From: Batkoa obscura
Taxonomy: Eukaryota
Assembly: GCA_030770535.1 (NCBI GenBank)
Contig: JASVEC010000015.1
Location: 1-64,000, forward strand
Direction of reading: 5' to 3'
DNA: 64,000 nucleotides
Shown: positions 12,987-26,028 of the stretch, piece after piece
Layout: each line of letters begins with the position of its first letter
How positions within the stretch are numbered: position 1 is the stretch's first letter
Notes under the pieces: generated by a model
The model's input: only the letters and a program-made list of their open reading frames with translations
What the model was told of the DNA's origin: nothing
Databases searched by the model: none
Made by a program: the position numbers and the translations under genes

Positions 12987-13864
12987 ATGTCATTAGATAG
13001 CTTCGATTGGGCAGATGAAGTAGAGGAAGAGCTTGAAATCCTTCAGCCAAACCAAAAAACAACTGAGAAAACAGAAAATAAAGTTAACGTAAAGACCGAA
13101 AAAAATAATACATTATCAGGTAGTAAATGGTCAACTATAGAGATAAAGGACACGATCAATTTACCAAAAAAAACTACGAAGAAGAGTAAAGAGCCAGTCA
13201 AAAAGGATTCTGATGCAGTAAAGTTGTCTCGACAAGAAACGAATGTCAAAAAAGTAGAAAATGACAACGATGGAACAAATCAAATAAAGCCAAGCAAAAA
13301 AAATAATACTATTAAAGGAGGATTGGAAAGTAGTAAATGGGCCTCAACAGTTTATGATCCTGTAGATTCCTTAACTTCAAGGTTAGAGGAAGTTCAGATT
13401 AAGGAAGAGATAACTGCGACTTTAGAATGGAAGGATTACCCAGAGAAATTAGATGTGCTTAGCATTATGGACTTATTTAAAGCATATAGAGGAAATAAGG
13501 GAATAAAATTAAGATATATTAATGATTCAACTATTACTTTAAATTTTGAGTCTTTAAAATTAGGTAATATTTTATTTTTAATGTTTCTGGAAATTATATT
13601 TAATAGCATAAAGCTGAGGAAGCTTTGAGATATTATAGGAGTAGAAAATTAGGTGGTACTTTGAGTTATTATGATAAACAAGATACAAATAATGGAAATG
13701 CAGAAGGTATTAAATTATCTTTTTATACAATAATATTAATTATTTAAGAAGATATAATAGAAGCATCTAAAGTAACAAGAATTAAGCCTAAAGCTGATTG
13801 TGGTCCAGCCAAGAGGATGATAGCACACTCGTTAGGTGTATCTTTATCACGGAATAATAAATAA
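12987..13864 (+). CDS. R3HCC1-like protein with a C-terminal RRM-like domain, 3 exons
   Basis: DWADEVEE start, SKW repeats, RRM-like segment (LRYINDSTITLNF), C-terminal KPKADCGPAKRMIAHSLG. Confidence 0.65.
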
Positions 13865-14075
13865 TTAGAGTTTTGACTAAGTATCTTGATGTTTAATTAG
13901 ATATTAAATTAATAAGTATTTTACTATTATTAATTTAAAGTTTATTTTATTATTTTTGTCAAGTTTATACCATTTTTATTTTATTAAGATTTGTCATTAA
14001 CCACTAAAAATAAAAATAACTATCAAGCTAAAATTTAAAATTCAAAACTACCTTGATTAATATTTTTATTTCAAA

Positions 14076-16251
14076 ATGGCAAAAACCAAAGCTAATAAAA
14101 AGAAGGCTTCTGATGACTTTATAAGAACTATTAAAGATGATCAAATAATAAACTTTGATGACGATGAGAACGAAGAATCTGCTCCAACGGATAAGAAGAA
14201 ACAAAAACCATCAAAGAAAGCTAAGATTCAAGTTGAAGAAGAGTTGAACCCAGACTTTAATTTTGATTTAATGGATGATAGCATTGCCTCTTCTTTTAAC
14301 ACTATGGAGTTCTCTGCTGCTAAAACAGGGTTGAAAGTTAGATCCACCTCTACCTCGACCCGAACTACAATTGATGAAAAGATTTCACATCATTTAGCAA
14401 AGAAAGTTTCAAAAAATGAGAAAGTTGGTGTAGATGTAGGTGTAGATGAAGAAGGATCTGAAAATGAAAGCGAGCAGGCAGAAATCGGATCTAGTTCTGA
14501 AGAAGAAGAGGAAGTGGACTCTGAAGGGACTGTAAGTGAAAGCGAAGATGAAGAAAAAGAGGCCGAAAATGAAACCGAAATAGATGACAGTGAAGAAGAA
14601 ACTGAAGAACAAAAGCAACGTAAAAAGGCCTATTTTGCTCCAGAAGAGGATAATGATGGAGAAGTTGCAGACACCTTTGCTTCAATGAATCTTTCTAGAC
14701 CAATTTTAAAGGGGTTAAGTAGCTTAGGTTTTGTAATACCTACGCCAATTCAAGCTAGAGCTATACCAGTTGCACTTATGGGTAAAGATTTATGTGGTGG
14801 TGCTGTAACGGGTTCAGGTAAAACTGCGGCTTTTGTAGTGCCTATTGTTGAGAGACTCCTTTACCGTCCTCGCTCTGTCCCTCTTACAAGAGTACTAATT
14901 TTATGTCCTACTCGTGAATTGGCAATGCAATGCCATAATGTAGCAGTCAAAATAGCAACTTTTACAGATATCACTTTTTGTCTTTGTGTCGGTAATGTTA
15001 TTTAATATTCTAGTACCATTTTTAATTTATTTTTAGGTGGCCTCTCTTTGAAAAACCAGGAATCTTCTTTAAAAGAAAGACCTGATTTTATAATCGCTAC
15101 ACCAGGCCGTTTGATTGATCACATTAGGAATTCTGCGTCATTTTCTTTAGATTCTATTGAAATTCTAGTTATGGATGAAGCCGATAGAATGTTAGAAGAT
15201 GGTTTTGCAGATGAGCTCAACGAAATTGTAAAATCATGCCCTAAAGAAAGACAAACTATGTTATTCTCTGCTACCATGACTGATAATGTTGATGAACTTA
15301 TTCGCCTGTCCTTGAAGCGCCCAGTTCGTTTAATGATTGATTCAAGTAAATCTGCTGCAAAAAGACTTATTCAAGAGTTTGTGAGAGTTCGTTCTCACCG
15401 TGAAGATGACCGAGCTGCAATGTTAATAACATTATGTAAGAAATTTAGAAACAAATGTATTATATTCTTCCGCTCTAAAGCCGCTGCACATCAAATGAAA
15501 ATTGTCTTTGGATTGATGTCTTTAAACGCTGCAGAATTGCATGGAAATTTGACACAAGAGCAGGTAAAACTAAATTTTATTAAATAAGCAATAAAATTCT
15601 AATAAGCTTCAGAGAATAAAAGCTTTAGAGGATTTTAGGGATGGTAATGTGGACTATTTATTGGCGACTGATTTAGCATCTCGTGGTTTGGATATACAAG
15701 GGGTCAATACTGTCATTAATTATAACATGCCTAACCAATTTGCACAATATTTGCATAGAGTTGGGCGTACTGCACGTGCTGGGAGAACTGGTCGGTCCAT
15801 AAGTTTGGTTGGTGAGGCAGATCGTAAACTGTTAAAAGCTGCCATTAAATCAAATACAGATAAACAAAATAATCCAGTTAAACATAGAAATCTTCCACAA
15901 GAACTTGTAGAAAAATACTCTAAAAAATTGAGTAAATTAGCGCCAAAGATAGAAGCAATTTTGAAAGAAGAGAAAGAAGAAAAAATGGTAAATATATTAT
16001 TTGTACATATTTCTATTAATGTTTAATATTTGGTGTAGCTTTCCAAAGCAGAAATGGAAATAACGAAAGCTGAAAATTTGATGAAACATGAAGCAGAGAT
16101 TAAAGCAAGACCAGCAAGAACATGGTTTCAAAGTAGTTCAGAAAAGAAGAAAGCTTCAGGTAACTTAATCGATATTTTTATTACAAATATTTATGCTTAC
16201 TTTTGTTTATTAGTTTTAGGAACCAAAGAATATAAAAAGAAAAAAGTATAA
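14076..16251 (+). CDS. DRS1: DEAD-box RNA helicase Drs1/DDX27, multi-exon
   Basis: [40 protein letters not shown] and acidic N-terminus; 3' end approximate. Confidence 0.93.
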
Positions 16252-16744
16252 TAGACGTTACACACTTTAATCCTAATAAATAGATTAAAATAGAATAATT
16301 TTAGTTTTATCCAAGTTTTAAAAAAAATACGACTGATGCTTAAAAAAACAAATTATAATTATATCAAACATTAAACTGTGATAGAAAAATTGATAAGCAA
16401 ATTTTACATCTAGTAGAATTAAATAGAACAGTATATAAAGCCTTATTAATTTTATAAAAAATGTCATATTACTGAAACTTTTAATTAATGATAGTAGCTT
16501 TAATATTTAGACATAATTTAAACTATCTTCGTTTATTTATACATGGGGATCCTTTTTATTTATGGACAAATATTAACATCTATATGATGATTTAAATGAA
16601 ACAAGTTAACGTTTTAAACATTACAATTTTAAGGAGTGTATTTCAGTTTGAAAATGTTTAAAATAGTTATTTAGTTAGCAATGATTGGATAAAATATAAT
16701 GTATAAAAAAGGAGTGAAGTCATCCTTTTATTTCATCTTTCATT

Positions 16745-17894
16745 ATGTTAAAAGACTCCGATTTTCCGCCATTAAAAAATGATCTTATTCTCCGCACAGC
16801 CAGAGGCGAGATTACAGATAAAGTTCCTACATGGATAATGCGCCAAGCAGGTAGATATCTGCCAGGTAATAGGACATAAAATTATTTATGACTTTTTTTA
16901 TAGTTTAGAATTTAGAGAAGTAAGGGCAAAGCATGACTTTAATGAAGTATGTCGTACCCCTGAATTAGCCTGTGAAGTTACAGTACAGCCTATAGATCGT
17001 TATGATGGACTTCTTGATGCTGCTATTATATTTTCAGATATATTAGTTGTCTGTGAGGCAATGGGATTAAAATTTGAAATTAAAGCTGGATATGGAATCC
17101 ACTTTGAAGAAAGACTAGAAACTCCAAGCGATATTGAAACTAAATTAGTTAAAAACGTTGATGTCAAAAGTAGTTTAAAATATGTTTTAGATGCTATCAC
17201 TTTAACGCGTAAGACTCTTGATGGCCGAGTACCTTTAATCGGATTCTCTGGTGCTCCATGGACTTTAGCTTCTTACATGATTGAAGGTAAAAGCGGATCG
17301 AACCACTCAAATGCAAAAAGTTGGTTGTTTAATCACCCAGAGGAAAGCCACTTGCTGTTAAAGCGTATAACCAAAGTTGTAATTGAATATATGGTTGAGC
17401 AGGTTAAAGCTGGTGCTCAAATGCTTCAATTGTTTGAGTCATGGGCTGGGGAATTAAGTCCATCTGATTTTGAAACTTTCTCTTTACCTTACCTTTTACA
17501 AATTGGTACTGAAGTTAAAAAGAATTTGGTTGAGCTTGGATATGACACCCCTCTTATATTGTTCGCAAAAGGTGCGCATTATGCTTTAGGAAAACTTGGG
17601 GACCAAAACGTCTTTGAAGTTATATCATTGGATTGGACTATTGATCCAGAATATGCTGTTGAGCATATCGGTAACAAAAACCACACTTTACAAGGTAACT
17701 TAGATCCCTGTGTTTTATTTGCTAATCCCGAAGTGATCCAGCAACGTGCTAAAGATATGCTAAAGAAATTCCAAATTGCCAAGCAACCTTTAATTGCTAA
17801 CTTAGGCCATGGTATGTTACCTAATCATAATCCTGATAACTTAAGAGCTTACCTCGAAGCTATCAAAAAGGAATCACATGCTTTACGTAAATAA
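16745..17894 (+). CDS. HEM12: Uroporphyrinogen decarboxylase, one intron at ~16866-16908
   Basis: [50 protein letters not shown]. Confidence 0.96.
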
Positions 17895-18159
17895 GGTGAA
17901 AATATAGGTTTGATCGCATTCATAGTTTATTATTTGTTAATAAAATGAATACATCATTATAATCAGTTTAAGATTTTATGGCATTAAATTAATAACTATA
18001 AAACGATTTTAAACTTAGGTCATATGTATAAATATAATTTACCATTAAATTGTTAAATTAAATGTCATTATATTAAACAATAGATAATCATAATATTAAA
18101 TTGACTAACATATAAGCAAGAATGTGACAAATAAAAAATTTAGGGAAAAAGTATCGAAT

Positions 18160-18334
18160 GGGGCTGTTTTTTTTGGTTTCATTATTTTTTCCATTTTTCA
18201 AGCACTGTTTGAGTGGAAAGATTGTAGTGAAATTCTTAAACAAAAAATACATTATCGCATGGGAGTTGTTTTTTAAGCACTATTTGAATGGAAAATTTGC
18301 TGGTAAAATTCTTAAACATAAAAATAATATCCCC
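18160..18334 (+). mobile_element. Two tandem MITE copies, the second internally deleted
   Basis: Family consensus at 18160-~18257 and again at 18261-18334. Confidence 0.8.
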
Positions 18335-18888
18335 ATATGTTGTTTTTAACTACTAAAATCAGTTTCATAATTTAAGTATTTTGCAGTTATTTTTAAACAA
18401 TCTTAATTTTTTTATATTTATATAATAATTATTGTAATTATTATTATTATAGTCATTTAAACTAATTCATGCTTTGTTTATAATAATCACATAAAATTTT
18501 TTATTTAGTAATTACTTTTAACATTTAAAAATAATTTATAATATAGCAATTATTTTTAAAATTATTGCATTTTGATTAAAAATACTATAGATAAAACAAT
18601 AGTGTTTATAAATTAATTTAAACAAAAAGTTTTAAAATTGAATTAAACCTTCAATGGTTTTAAATAATTTAGTGAGGAAGTATAAACTATAAAATTTAGT
18701 TTTATAGTTTATATTTTAGCTGCTTGAATAATTATCATGTTTTATTTTTATACTAAAACTAAGAAAGTTAATATTTAGTAGTTAGAGTTAAAAGCACTTT
18801 TTGCTTAATTAGTTAGTTATAAGTCAAAAAGTCTTGGTTTATATAGCTAAGATAGGCTCAAATTAATAAAAATGGTATATAATGAGCT

Positions 18889-19354
18889 TGTGAAACCTGG
18901 TGGTACTCAGTGATTGGGGTCAAAAACAGCTATTTCCTGGTTGACTACACTATAAGTCGAAAGATCTTAGTTTATGTGACTAAGATAGACTTGAATTATG
19001 AAGAATAGCTCGTAATAGACTATCGACTATGTAAGATAAATAAAATAGACAATATTACTGTAAATCTACGTAAAATATAATTAAGGAAGCTTACTGGCTT
19101 TATTAAATGTACAAGACACCAAAGGATAATTCAGTTAAAAAGCCTCAAAATACTATACTCTATAAACTCTTTTATACTCTGAAAAGTATAAATATCAAAA
19201 TGAGAAGATAACATTCTTTGGGATGAAGCTAGAAATTCTCATAGCAAATCAAACTAAGAACGTGTGATTAATTGTCTCTAAAATCGAGAGCACAACAGCT
19301 TAGGCAATTTTTATGCTATAATCAACCATGGGATTGACAAAGTTATGTTTCACA
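18889..19354 (+). mobile_element. Solo LTR, same family as the telomeric pair
   Basis: TGTGAAA...TTTCACA; flanks GAGCT and CTTAT do not match. Confidence 0.85.
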
Positions 19355-20700
19355 CTTATAAAACTTCATTGAGAAATATTCGTTATTGATTGCTCTATAA
19401 CCAATATTGCAAATTTGCTATCAAATTATTTATTTATTTTGATGTTATAATTGCATTATTAATATATTACTAACTTAATAAATAGCTACATGAGAGGAAG
19501 TAGTTGATCCCAAAACTATAATCAACCCTCCCTATATAGTATAAGTAATATAATAATAGTTTTTACATATTACAATTGCTTGTTGTTTGACTATTTATTA
19601 ACTTAACTATTAATAACTTAAGTAATATTAACATTTAATAATTGATTTCTATCATTTAATAAAGTATTTGCTTGCTTAGTAAGTATTGAAATTCTTAAAG
19701 TCTCTGTTATCTTCGTAAGATAAGCTGGGATTGATGTTTTAATTTTTCTATTTTCTATAGAATCTATAACTCTAATTGGAGCTGTATCGCTTTTTTTTAT
19801 GTACCAGACACTGGATAACAATGTAGTTTATTGTTATGTTCAATAAAATGTAAATACTTCTTAATACCTTGTATCTCTATTATTCTTTTTGTATTTTTGT
19901 TTCTTTCATACTTTTTAAAAATCATATCTGTTTCCCCATTATTAACAGTCGAATTATTAATTTTATTATGTTCACAAATAGAAGTCTCAAACCTTGAAAT
20001 TAATTGATTGATATCTTCTATTTTACCTAATGCTTTAAAACTACTTTTCTATTTTTAAAGGTTTTCATGATGCTCAGTAAAAAAATTAAGATCAATATTT
20101 AAACTACTATTTATTTTATGAATTTCAAATATATAATATAGAAACTCTTGGGATTTAAAATGATTTCCTGTACCTGCCTATATATTAATTTTTGTAAACT
20201 TTTTAAATAGAAGCTCTCTAGAGATTAAATCAACTAAACAGCCTCCTGCATATGCTGAATCATGATTTGATATCTCAGATAAATGATTAAAATGAACTTT
20301 GTCTATTGTTATCATTTTTTGAATATAAATCGTCAAACCATGATACTGCTATGGCTTGTTTGTTATAATGATCTAAATTTGTTGAATCTGGTCTTGTTCC
20401 TATTTCCATATTTTATTTAAAGCCTAAAATTATTATACTTTTATTGTTTGATTTTTTAATAGTTTCGTTAAATATGTTTCTTTCGAGTATCAGTATAAAA
20501 TTTATGTAATTTATATCATTTTTTATTGAAAATTTCTATTTTTGCTTTGTTTTTTATTCCTGTATTTTGTTTTCAAATAACTTTTTTCTAATTGTATACT
20601 AGGTACATATATTATATAAATCTGTTTTCTTGCTGGGTTTTTAAAATTATTTGGTATACATTTAAAAAAAATTGACCTAGCTACTCTACTGCTTTATCCT
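19355..20700 (-). pseudogene. Decayed DNA transposon with a Sola-like transposase remnant
   Basis: Minus-strand 20450-20060 reads IIILGFK*NMEIG..(frameshift)..FNHLSEISNHDSAY..INI*AGTGNHFKSQEFL..NFFTEHH, resembling the DF.EN / HD / WSD.G.HFK / NFF.E.HGK motif series; outer limits approximate. Confidence 0.6.
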
Positions 20701-20752
20701 TCAAATCATTAAAATATTTACTATATCATTCTTCTACTTTCATCTAATATAT

Positions 20753-20845
20753 AGGAATGTTTTTGACTTCATTATTTTTTCCATTTTTTAAGTGCTATTT
20801 GAGTGGAAAGATTAGTAGTAAAATTGGACAAAAAAATTATCCCCC
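20753..20845 (+). mobile_element. MITE copy (diverged)
   Basis: Matches internal consensus. Confidence 0.8.
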
Positions 20846-21176
20846 AATATTATTCATAGAATGGTTTTATGTTTGAGTAATAAATAAAACTTGACATTTT
20901 TGTCCTGTAGATAGAGCCTAAGCCTCTGGGTTGATATTTAAGTTGGCTGTTATCTTCCTGGTCTGTTTTTTGAGTTACACTCAAAACAAAATCCTTGAAC
21001 TTGAAAGTAATACCTTTAGATAAACTTTAATATAACTCCCATTTCTTTAACCAAATTATAGTGTAAATTTTCTTAAGTACATATAGTGTTAGCATTTCTG
21101 AAGTTAAAAAGTAGAATCCTAATAACACGGTTCAAAAAACATTTGTTTATTATTATTATAAGAGTAAATTAATAAG

Positions 21177-22634
21177 TTAGTTCAAGTCTCCAGAGGCTCT
21201 TATATCATGATTAGATGTATAGGAATCTTTTCGATCGATTATAGGCTTGGCCACCGGGGTAGGATTACTCCTCAAGCATGCATCCATATCTGACTCAACA
21301 ACAATCAATTCATCCTTTTCGTTCACATGGGATCCGCTATGATTTGAGCCTTTGTAGGAAGGAGAATTACTATCTACAAATGGATAGGCACATTCGCCTA
21401 ATTCAGCAAGATCCATACCTATACACTCACTATCCCAATCTGCCCTTATTTTGAGGCCTGGGATACGATTCATTATAAACAAAATAATGAACGTGATTAA
21501 GCTAGACCATATAGCAGCAGCAGAACAATCTGCTAATTGATAAAGTATTTGCATGAAATTCCCATCTAGCCAACCGCCTTGGATCACAATTTCTGGATCT
21601 AAATTTGCTATAGATTTGCGTGCAAATATTCCAGTGAGAAGACTGCCAGCGAAGCCGCCCATACCATGTATAGCGAAGACATCTAAAGCATCATCACATT
21701 TCATCCATTCTTTAAATTTAACTGAAGCACAACATACTATACTCCCAAGTACACCAAATAAAATACTTGAAGGTATATCTACATATCCAGCAGCTGGAGT
21801 GATAGCAACCAGCCCAGCAACAGCACCACTACAGAAGGCTAATGCAGAGAATTTATAACTACCAATGCAATACTCTATAATAACCCAAGTAACAGCACCA
21901 GCACAAGCAGCAATATTAGTGTTGACACATGATACCACTGCTCTAATATTTGCAGCTAAGGCAGAACCGCCATTAAACCCAAACCATCCAAACCAAAGTA
22001 AAGCAGTTCCTAACAAAACATTTGACATGTTGTGAGGCTTAAATTCCTCATGCCCGTGACCAGTACGCTTCCCAACCATAAAAGAAAATACTAATGCAGC
22101 AAATCCAGAAGAAATATGTACAGGGGTTCCTCCAGCATAATCTAAAACTCCCAATTTTGCGCCCCAACCGTTTGAAGACCAAGTCCATGAAGCGATAAAA
22201 TTATAGGCAAAAAGTGACCAAAGTAATATAAATAATGAGCTAGGTAAAATCCTACCTCTTTCTGCTGCAGCACCCACAGCAAGAGCAGGAGTGATAGCAG
22301 CAAACATGCCTTGATATATCATAAATAGAATGTCGGGAATGGAACTAGATGCAGGACTTGGCTTGTCCAAAACATTTATTAAGAATGCATTATCAAAATT
22401 TCCAATAAAGAAAGATCCAGTTTTGCTAAAAGATAAACTATAGCCTATTACAAACCATTCAATTCCTACTATGGCTAATGAGATGCAACATAACATTATA
22501 AGTGACAAGGCATTTTTTGTTTGAGCTAGACCTGAATAAAAATAGCCTAATCCAGGAATCATTAAAAATACTAATGCTGTAGACATTAGCATCCATGCGA
22601 TATCCCCTTGGTTAAACGTTGTTGTTTCTTCCAT
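21177..22634 (-). CDS. Ammonium transporter, Amt/Mep family, intronless
   Basis: GDIAWML, FQ-like YQGMFAAIT, DYAGGTPVH, WFGWFGFNGGS, DDALDVFAIHG; both conserved His present. Confidence 0.97.
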   Translation of the reverse strand: MEETTTFNQGDIAWMLMSTALVFLMIPGLGYFYSGLAQTKNALSLIMLCCISLAIVGIEWFVIGYSLSFSKTGSFFIGNFDNAFLINVLDKPSPASSSIPDILFMIYQGMFAAITPALAVGAAAERGRILPSSLFILLWSLFAYNFIASWTWSSNGWGAKLGVLDYAGGTPVHISSGFAALVFSFMVGKRTGHGHEEFKPHNMSNVLLGTALLWFGWFGFNGGSALAANIRAVVSCVNTNIAACAGAVTWVIIEYCIGSYKFSALAFCSGAVAGLVAITPAAGYVDIPSSILFGVLGSIVCCASVKFKEWMKCDDALDVFAIHGMGGFAGSLLTGIFARKSIANLDPEIVIQGGWLDGNFMQILYQLADCSAAAIWSSLITFIILFIMNRIPGLKIRADWDSECIGMDLAELGECAYPFVDSNSPSYKGSNHSGSHVNEKDELIVVESDMDACLRSNPTPVAKPIIDRKDSYTSNHDIRASGDLN

Positions 22635-22699
22635 ATTACTAAGACTTTTGAATGACGAATTAAAGAATTTATTATTATTTTAAGTTGGAAATTATTCTA

Positions 22700-23950
22700 T
22701 ATTTATATGTTTTGCAACAGAACTTATCTTTCTTTATCTATATAAATAATATTGTAAGCCATTAAAATGTGAATAAAGTTAGCTTATAAAACTTAATTAT
22801 TCATTGAGATAATCTAAATTAGATGTTTTTTAAAAGCCCAATAAAGCTAAATCGTAGCATATTATCTTCCTATTTAATTGGGTAATCAATTGACATTTGA
22901 TAGTTAGATAATTTAGGATAGATTATTATTACGCTAATCTGGTTAAATTCTCCTAAGCCTAAATTGAATTACTTTGATCGAACAGCAATATAATTACTAG
23001 CATATAGATTTACAAAAAGATCTATCATGCCGCTCTGATTGGCTATTATTTACAGTACGCAATGCTACAATTTACATATAATTGGGCTATAAAGTGTATT
23101 TTGGATACTTTCAGATGATAGTTATACTTTTTATTATCCGACTCAGTCTATATAATGTGTGTCTTATAGATAAGAAGGATTATTTATCTAATATCCATAT
23201 CATTTTTATTTCATTTAATTTTCATATGTCAAGAATATTAGCTTTATTAGGAAAGAGCCTAAGGAGGGGGGTTAAGCGCATGTCCTTGTTTAACTTTGAG
23301 ATAAGATAAATGAAAAGTCATTTTGAAATAAAAAGCAGTCACTATCTCTCTTATCTTTGTCCCATTATCTAGTCCAATTAAATCAAAGACTGTAAAGAAT
23401 ATATCAATAAAACACTAATTATTTCTAGTAATTTGATCAAAAAACTTATGAAAAGTGTGGAGGTAACTTGAGGTAAACTAATATTGATAGATAATAAATA
23501 GCCTAATATTCTATTTAACTTATTGTTATTTATACAGTCCAATTACTATTAATGAATTTGAAACCTATCAAGTAAACGTTTGACTTCAGTAGAAATGATA
23601 AAAAGAGTTTGATCGTTATTATTGAAAATAATTGAATTATACTATTTGTTAATTATTTTTAGCTTTAAAGACTTTTTAAAATAACAATAAGATAATAGGT
23701 AATTTAAGTTAAAATAATGAAATAATGAGTTTATAGCAGATTTATATGTAAATGCTATTCTATTATCTTTAGACTATGAGTAAAGCTATTATTTGAGTTA
23801 AAGTGTTTAATTTTCAAAACATAATTTAATTTTATGTAAGCATGCATCAAAAATAAGGGATTATTTAATTTGATCAAATATCCGGGTTTTATTTTCAAGC
23901 TTTTAATTATTCATCTATATGGAAGGTTTAGTTTATTTAAGATAATGAGG
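22700..23950 (-). promoter_or_regulatory. Cluster of GATA (HGATAR) motifs upstream of the ammonium transporter
   Basis: Many GATAA/TTATC, often paired: 22722-22740, 22899-22921, 23300-23309, 23350-23369, 23486-23494. Confidence 0.55.
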
Positions 23951-24544
23951 AATGTTGACATATGTAATTTCTGAAGAAAGTTTGAAGATTTGGTAGATTG
24001 GTAATTTTTTAATGGGTAAGACAGATCATAGCGTTTCAATGGGCAATTTATTCTTGACAGGAAAGCGCGATGTATTATCGCTGGGCTACCTCTCCCCTAA
24101 AATTTCCAAGTTTTAAAAGCTTATTTTTAGAAACTTAAATAGTTTGGCAATTTAGTGATTATTTCCAAATTTAATTTTAATCAAATTATTAGGTGACAAA
24201 ATTTCAACTTTACTTATTGTAATATTAATTGTAAATCTTATTATGTAAAACTATTAACTATATTATGTAAAAGAATTATTACTATAGTTTTAATATAATT
24301 AACATGATTGTTAAAGGCATAGATGGCTTTTTTTAGTTAATTCTGACTAAATAATGACAAAATTTTTTGTTTACCAATTTAATCACTTAACTTCTAAAAC
24401 TACATAATAATAAAATATTAATAGAAAAACATTTCTGAAATATACTTTGTTTAAGTAATAGACTATTTAAAAGCCTATTTTTTAATTCATTACTATAATA
24501 AACAGTCAGTATAAAAATGTTATATTATTATTTAAATATGTTTA

Positions 24545-24618
24545 CATTATTTTTCCCATTTTTAAGCGCCATTTAAGCGAAGTTGTTAGTAAAATCTTAA
24601 ACACAAAAATACATCGCC
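24545..24618 (+). mobile_element. MITE copy, 5'-truncated
   Basis: Matches 3' two-thirds of consensus. Confidence 0.75.
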
Positions 24619-24924
24619 AGTTAATTTAATAATTAAATTTTTTTTATAAAATAGTAAAGTCAAAAAAAATACTCCTAACTATTAATCATCTTTTTAAAAT
24701 AAATTTTATATCAAATTTTATTATTTTGAAAAAATTTGGTTCATTTAATATTATAGAATATTAATTTATCAGCTTTATAGTTAATTATAATATAGCAGTC
24801 ATTTAACTTTATAAAGCTAATTGCACTTTTATAATTAATTTAACTATAATCTACATGGCCATAATTCACAGTTTTTTATTGATTTACTATGGAAATTTTC
24901 ATTTAGTTATAAAAAACATTATTT

Positions 24925-25022
24925 GGTGATGTTTTTTTTGGTCTCATTACTTTTTACTCTTTTAAGCATTATTTGAGTGGAAAGGTTATTAGTAGGATTC
25001 TTAAACACAAAAATACATCCCC
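24925..25022 (+). mobile_element. MITE copy
   Basis: TSD ATTT at 24921-24924 and 25023-25026. Confidence 0.88.
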
Positions 25023-25246
25023 ATTTTCTTATTTTAATATTCATATTTAGCAATTATAATAATAAATTATAACTACTATTATATTTTACATATAAAGCTA
25101 TTTAATTTAAATATAAAATAGATGTTTTAATATAACAACTTAACTCTTTTTGGTTGAATTGTTTTCTAATATTATACTTTTAATAAAGTTACTAAGTATT
25201 ATAATATTTTATTAAACTACAGCAATATCTGGGTATGTTTTTCTGG

Positions 25247-25709
25247 CGTAAAATCTGGTACTCAGTGATTGGGGTCAAAAACAGCTATTTCCTGGTTGAC
25301 TACACTATAAGTCGAAAGATCTTAGTTTATGTGACTAAGATAGACTTGAATTATGAAGAATAGCTCGTAATAGACTATCGACTATGTAAGATAAATAAAA
25401 TAGACAATATTACTGTAAATCTACGTAAAATATAATTAAGGAAGCTTACTGGCTTTATTAAATGTACAAGACACCAAAGGATAATTCAGTTAAAAAGCCT
25501 CAAAATACTATACTCTATAAACTCTTTTATACTCTGAAAAGTATAAATATCAAAATGAGAAGATAACATTCTTTGGGATGAAGCTAGAAATTCTCATAGC
25601 AAATCAAACTAAGAACGTGTGATTAATTGTCTCTAAAATCGAGAGCACAACAGCTTAGGCAATTTTTATGCTATAATTAACCATGGGACTGACAAAGTGA
25701 TGTTTCACA
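25247..25709 (+). mobile_element. Solo LTR, core identical to 18889-19354
   Basis: Degenerate 5' end CGTAAAATCTGG, 3' end TTTCACA; preceded by a MITE left-end fragment (25231-25246); no TSD. Confidence 0.85.
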
Positions 25710-26028
25710 CAAGTAAATAGTTTATTAAATGATAGAAGTAAATCCTCAAATGTTAATATTATTTAAATTATTAATAGTTAAGTTAACAAATAGTCAAACA
25801 ACAAGTAGTTGGAGTAAATAAAAACTGTTATTACATTGACTGTATTATATAAGGATGTTTAACTATAATTTTAGGGCTAATTACTCTTTCGCATACAGCT
25901 ATTTATTAACTTAATGATATATCAATAATATAACTATAATATTAAAACAACTTATTCATTTGATAGCAAATATGTAATATTAGCTATAAAGCAATTAATA
26001 ATAAATATCCCTCAATGAAGTTTTATAA
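25710..26028 (+). repeat. Diverged inverted copy of 19355-19675 (tail of the decayed transposon)
   Basis: CTCAATGAAGTTTTATAAG is the reverse complement of CTTATAAAACTTCATTGAG; colinear over ~320 bp. Confidence 0.75.

Noticed and set aside
18158..18349. 63-aa ORF, likewise 59719-59973
   Set aside because: Reading frames running through MITE sequence
21553..21858. Antisense or alternative-frame ORFs over real genes (also 7225, 13043, 14409, 17579, 29390, 39162, 42591, 46328, 47048, 48718, 57756)
   Set aside because: Shadows of well-supported CDSs with no independent motifs
18889..25709. Full-length LTR retrotransposon (two LTRs, ~6.8 kb span)
   Set aside because: No gag/pol, PBS or PPT seen and no outer TSD; the interior is a host gene with its promoter and other repeats
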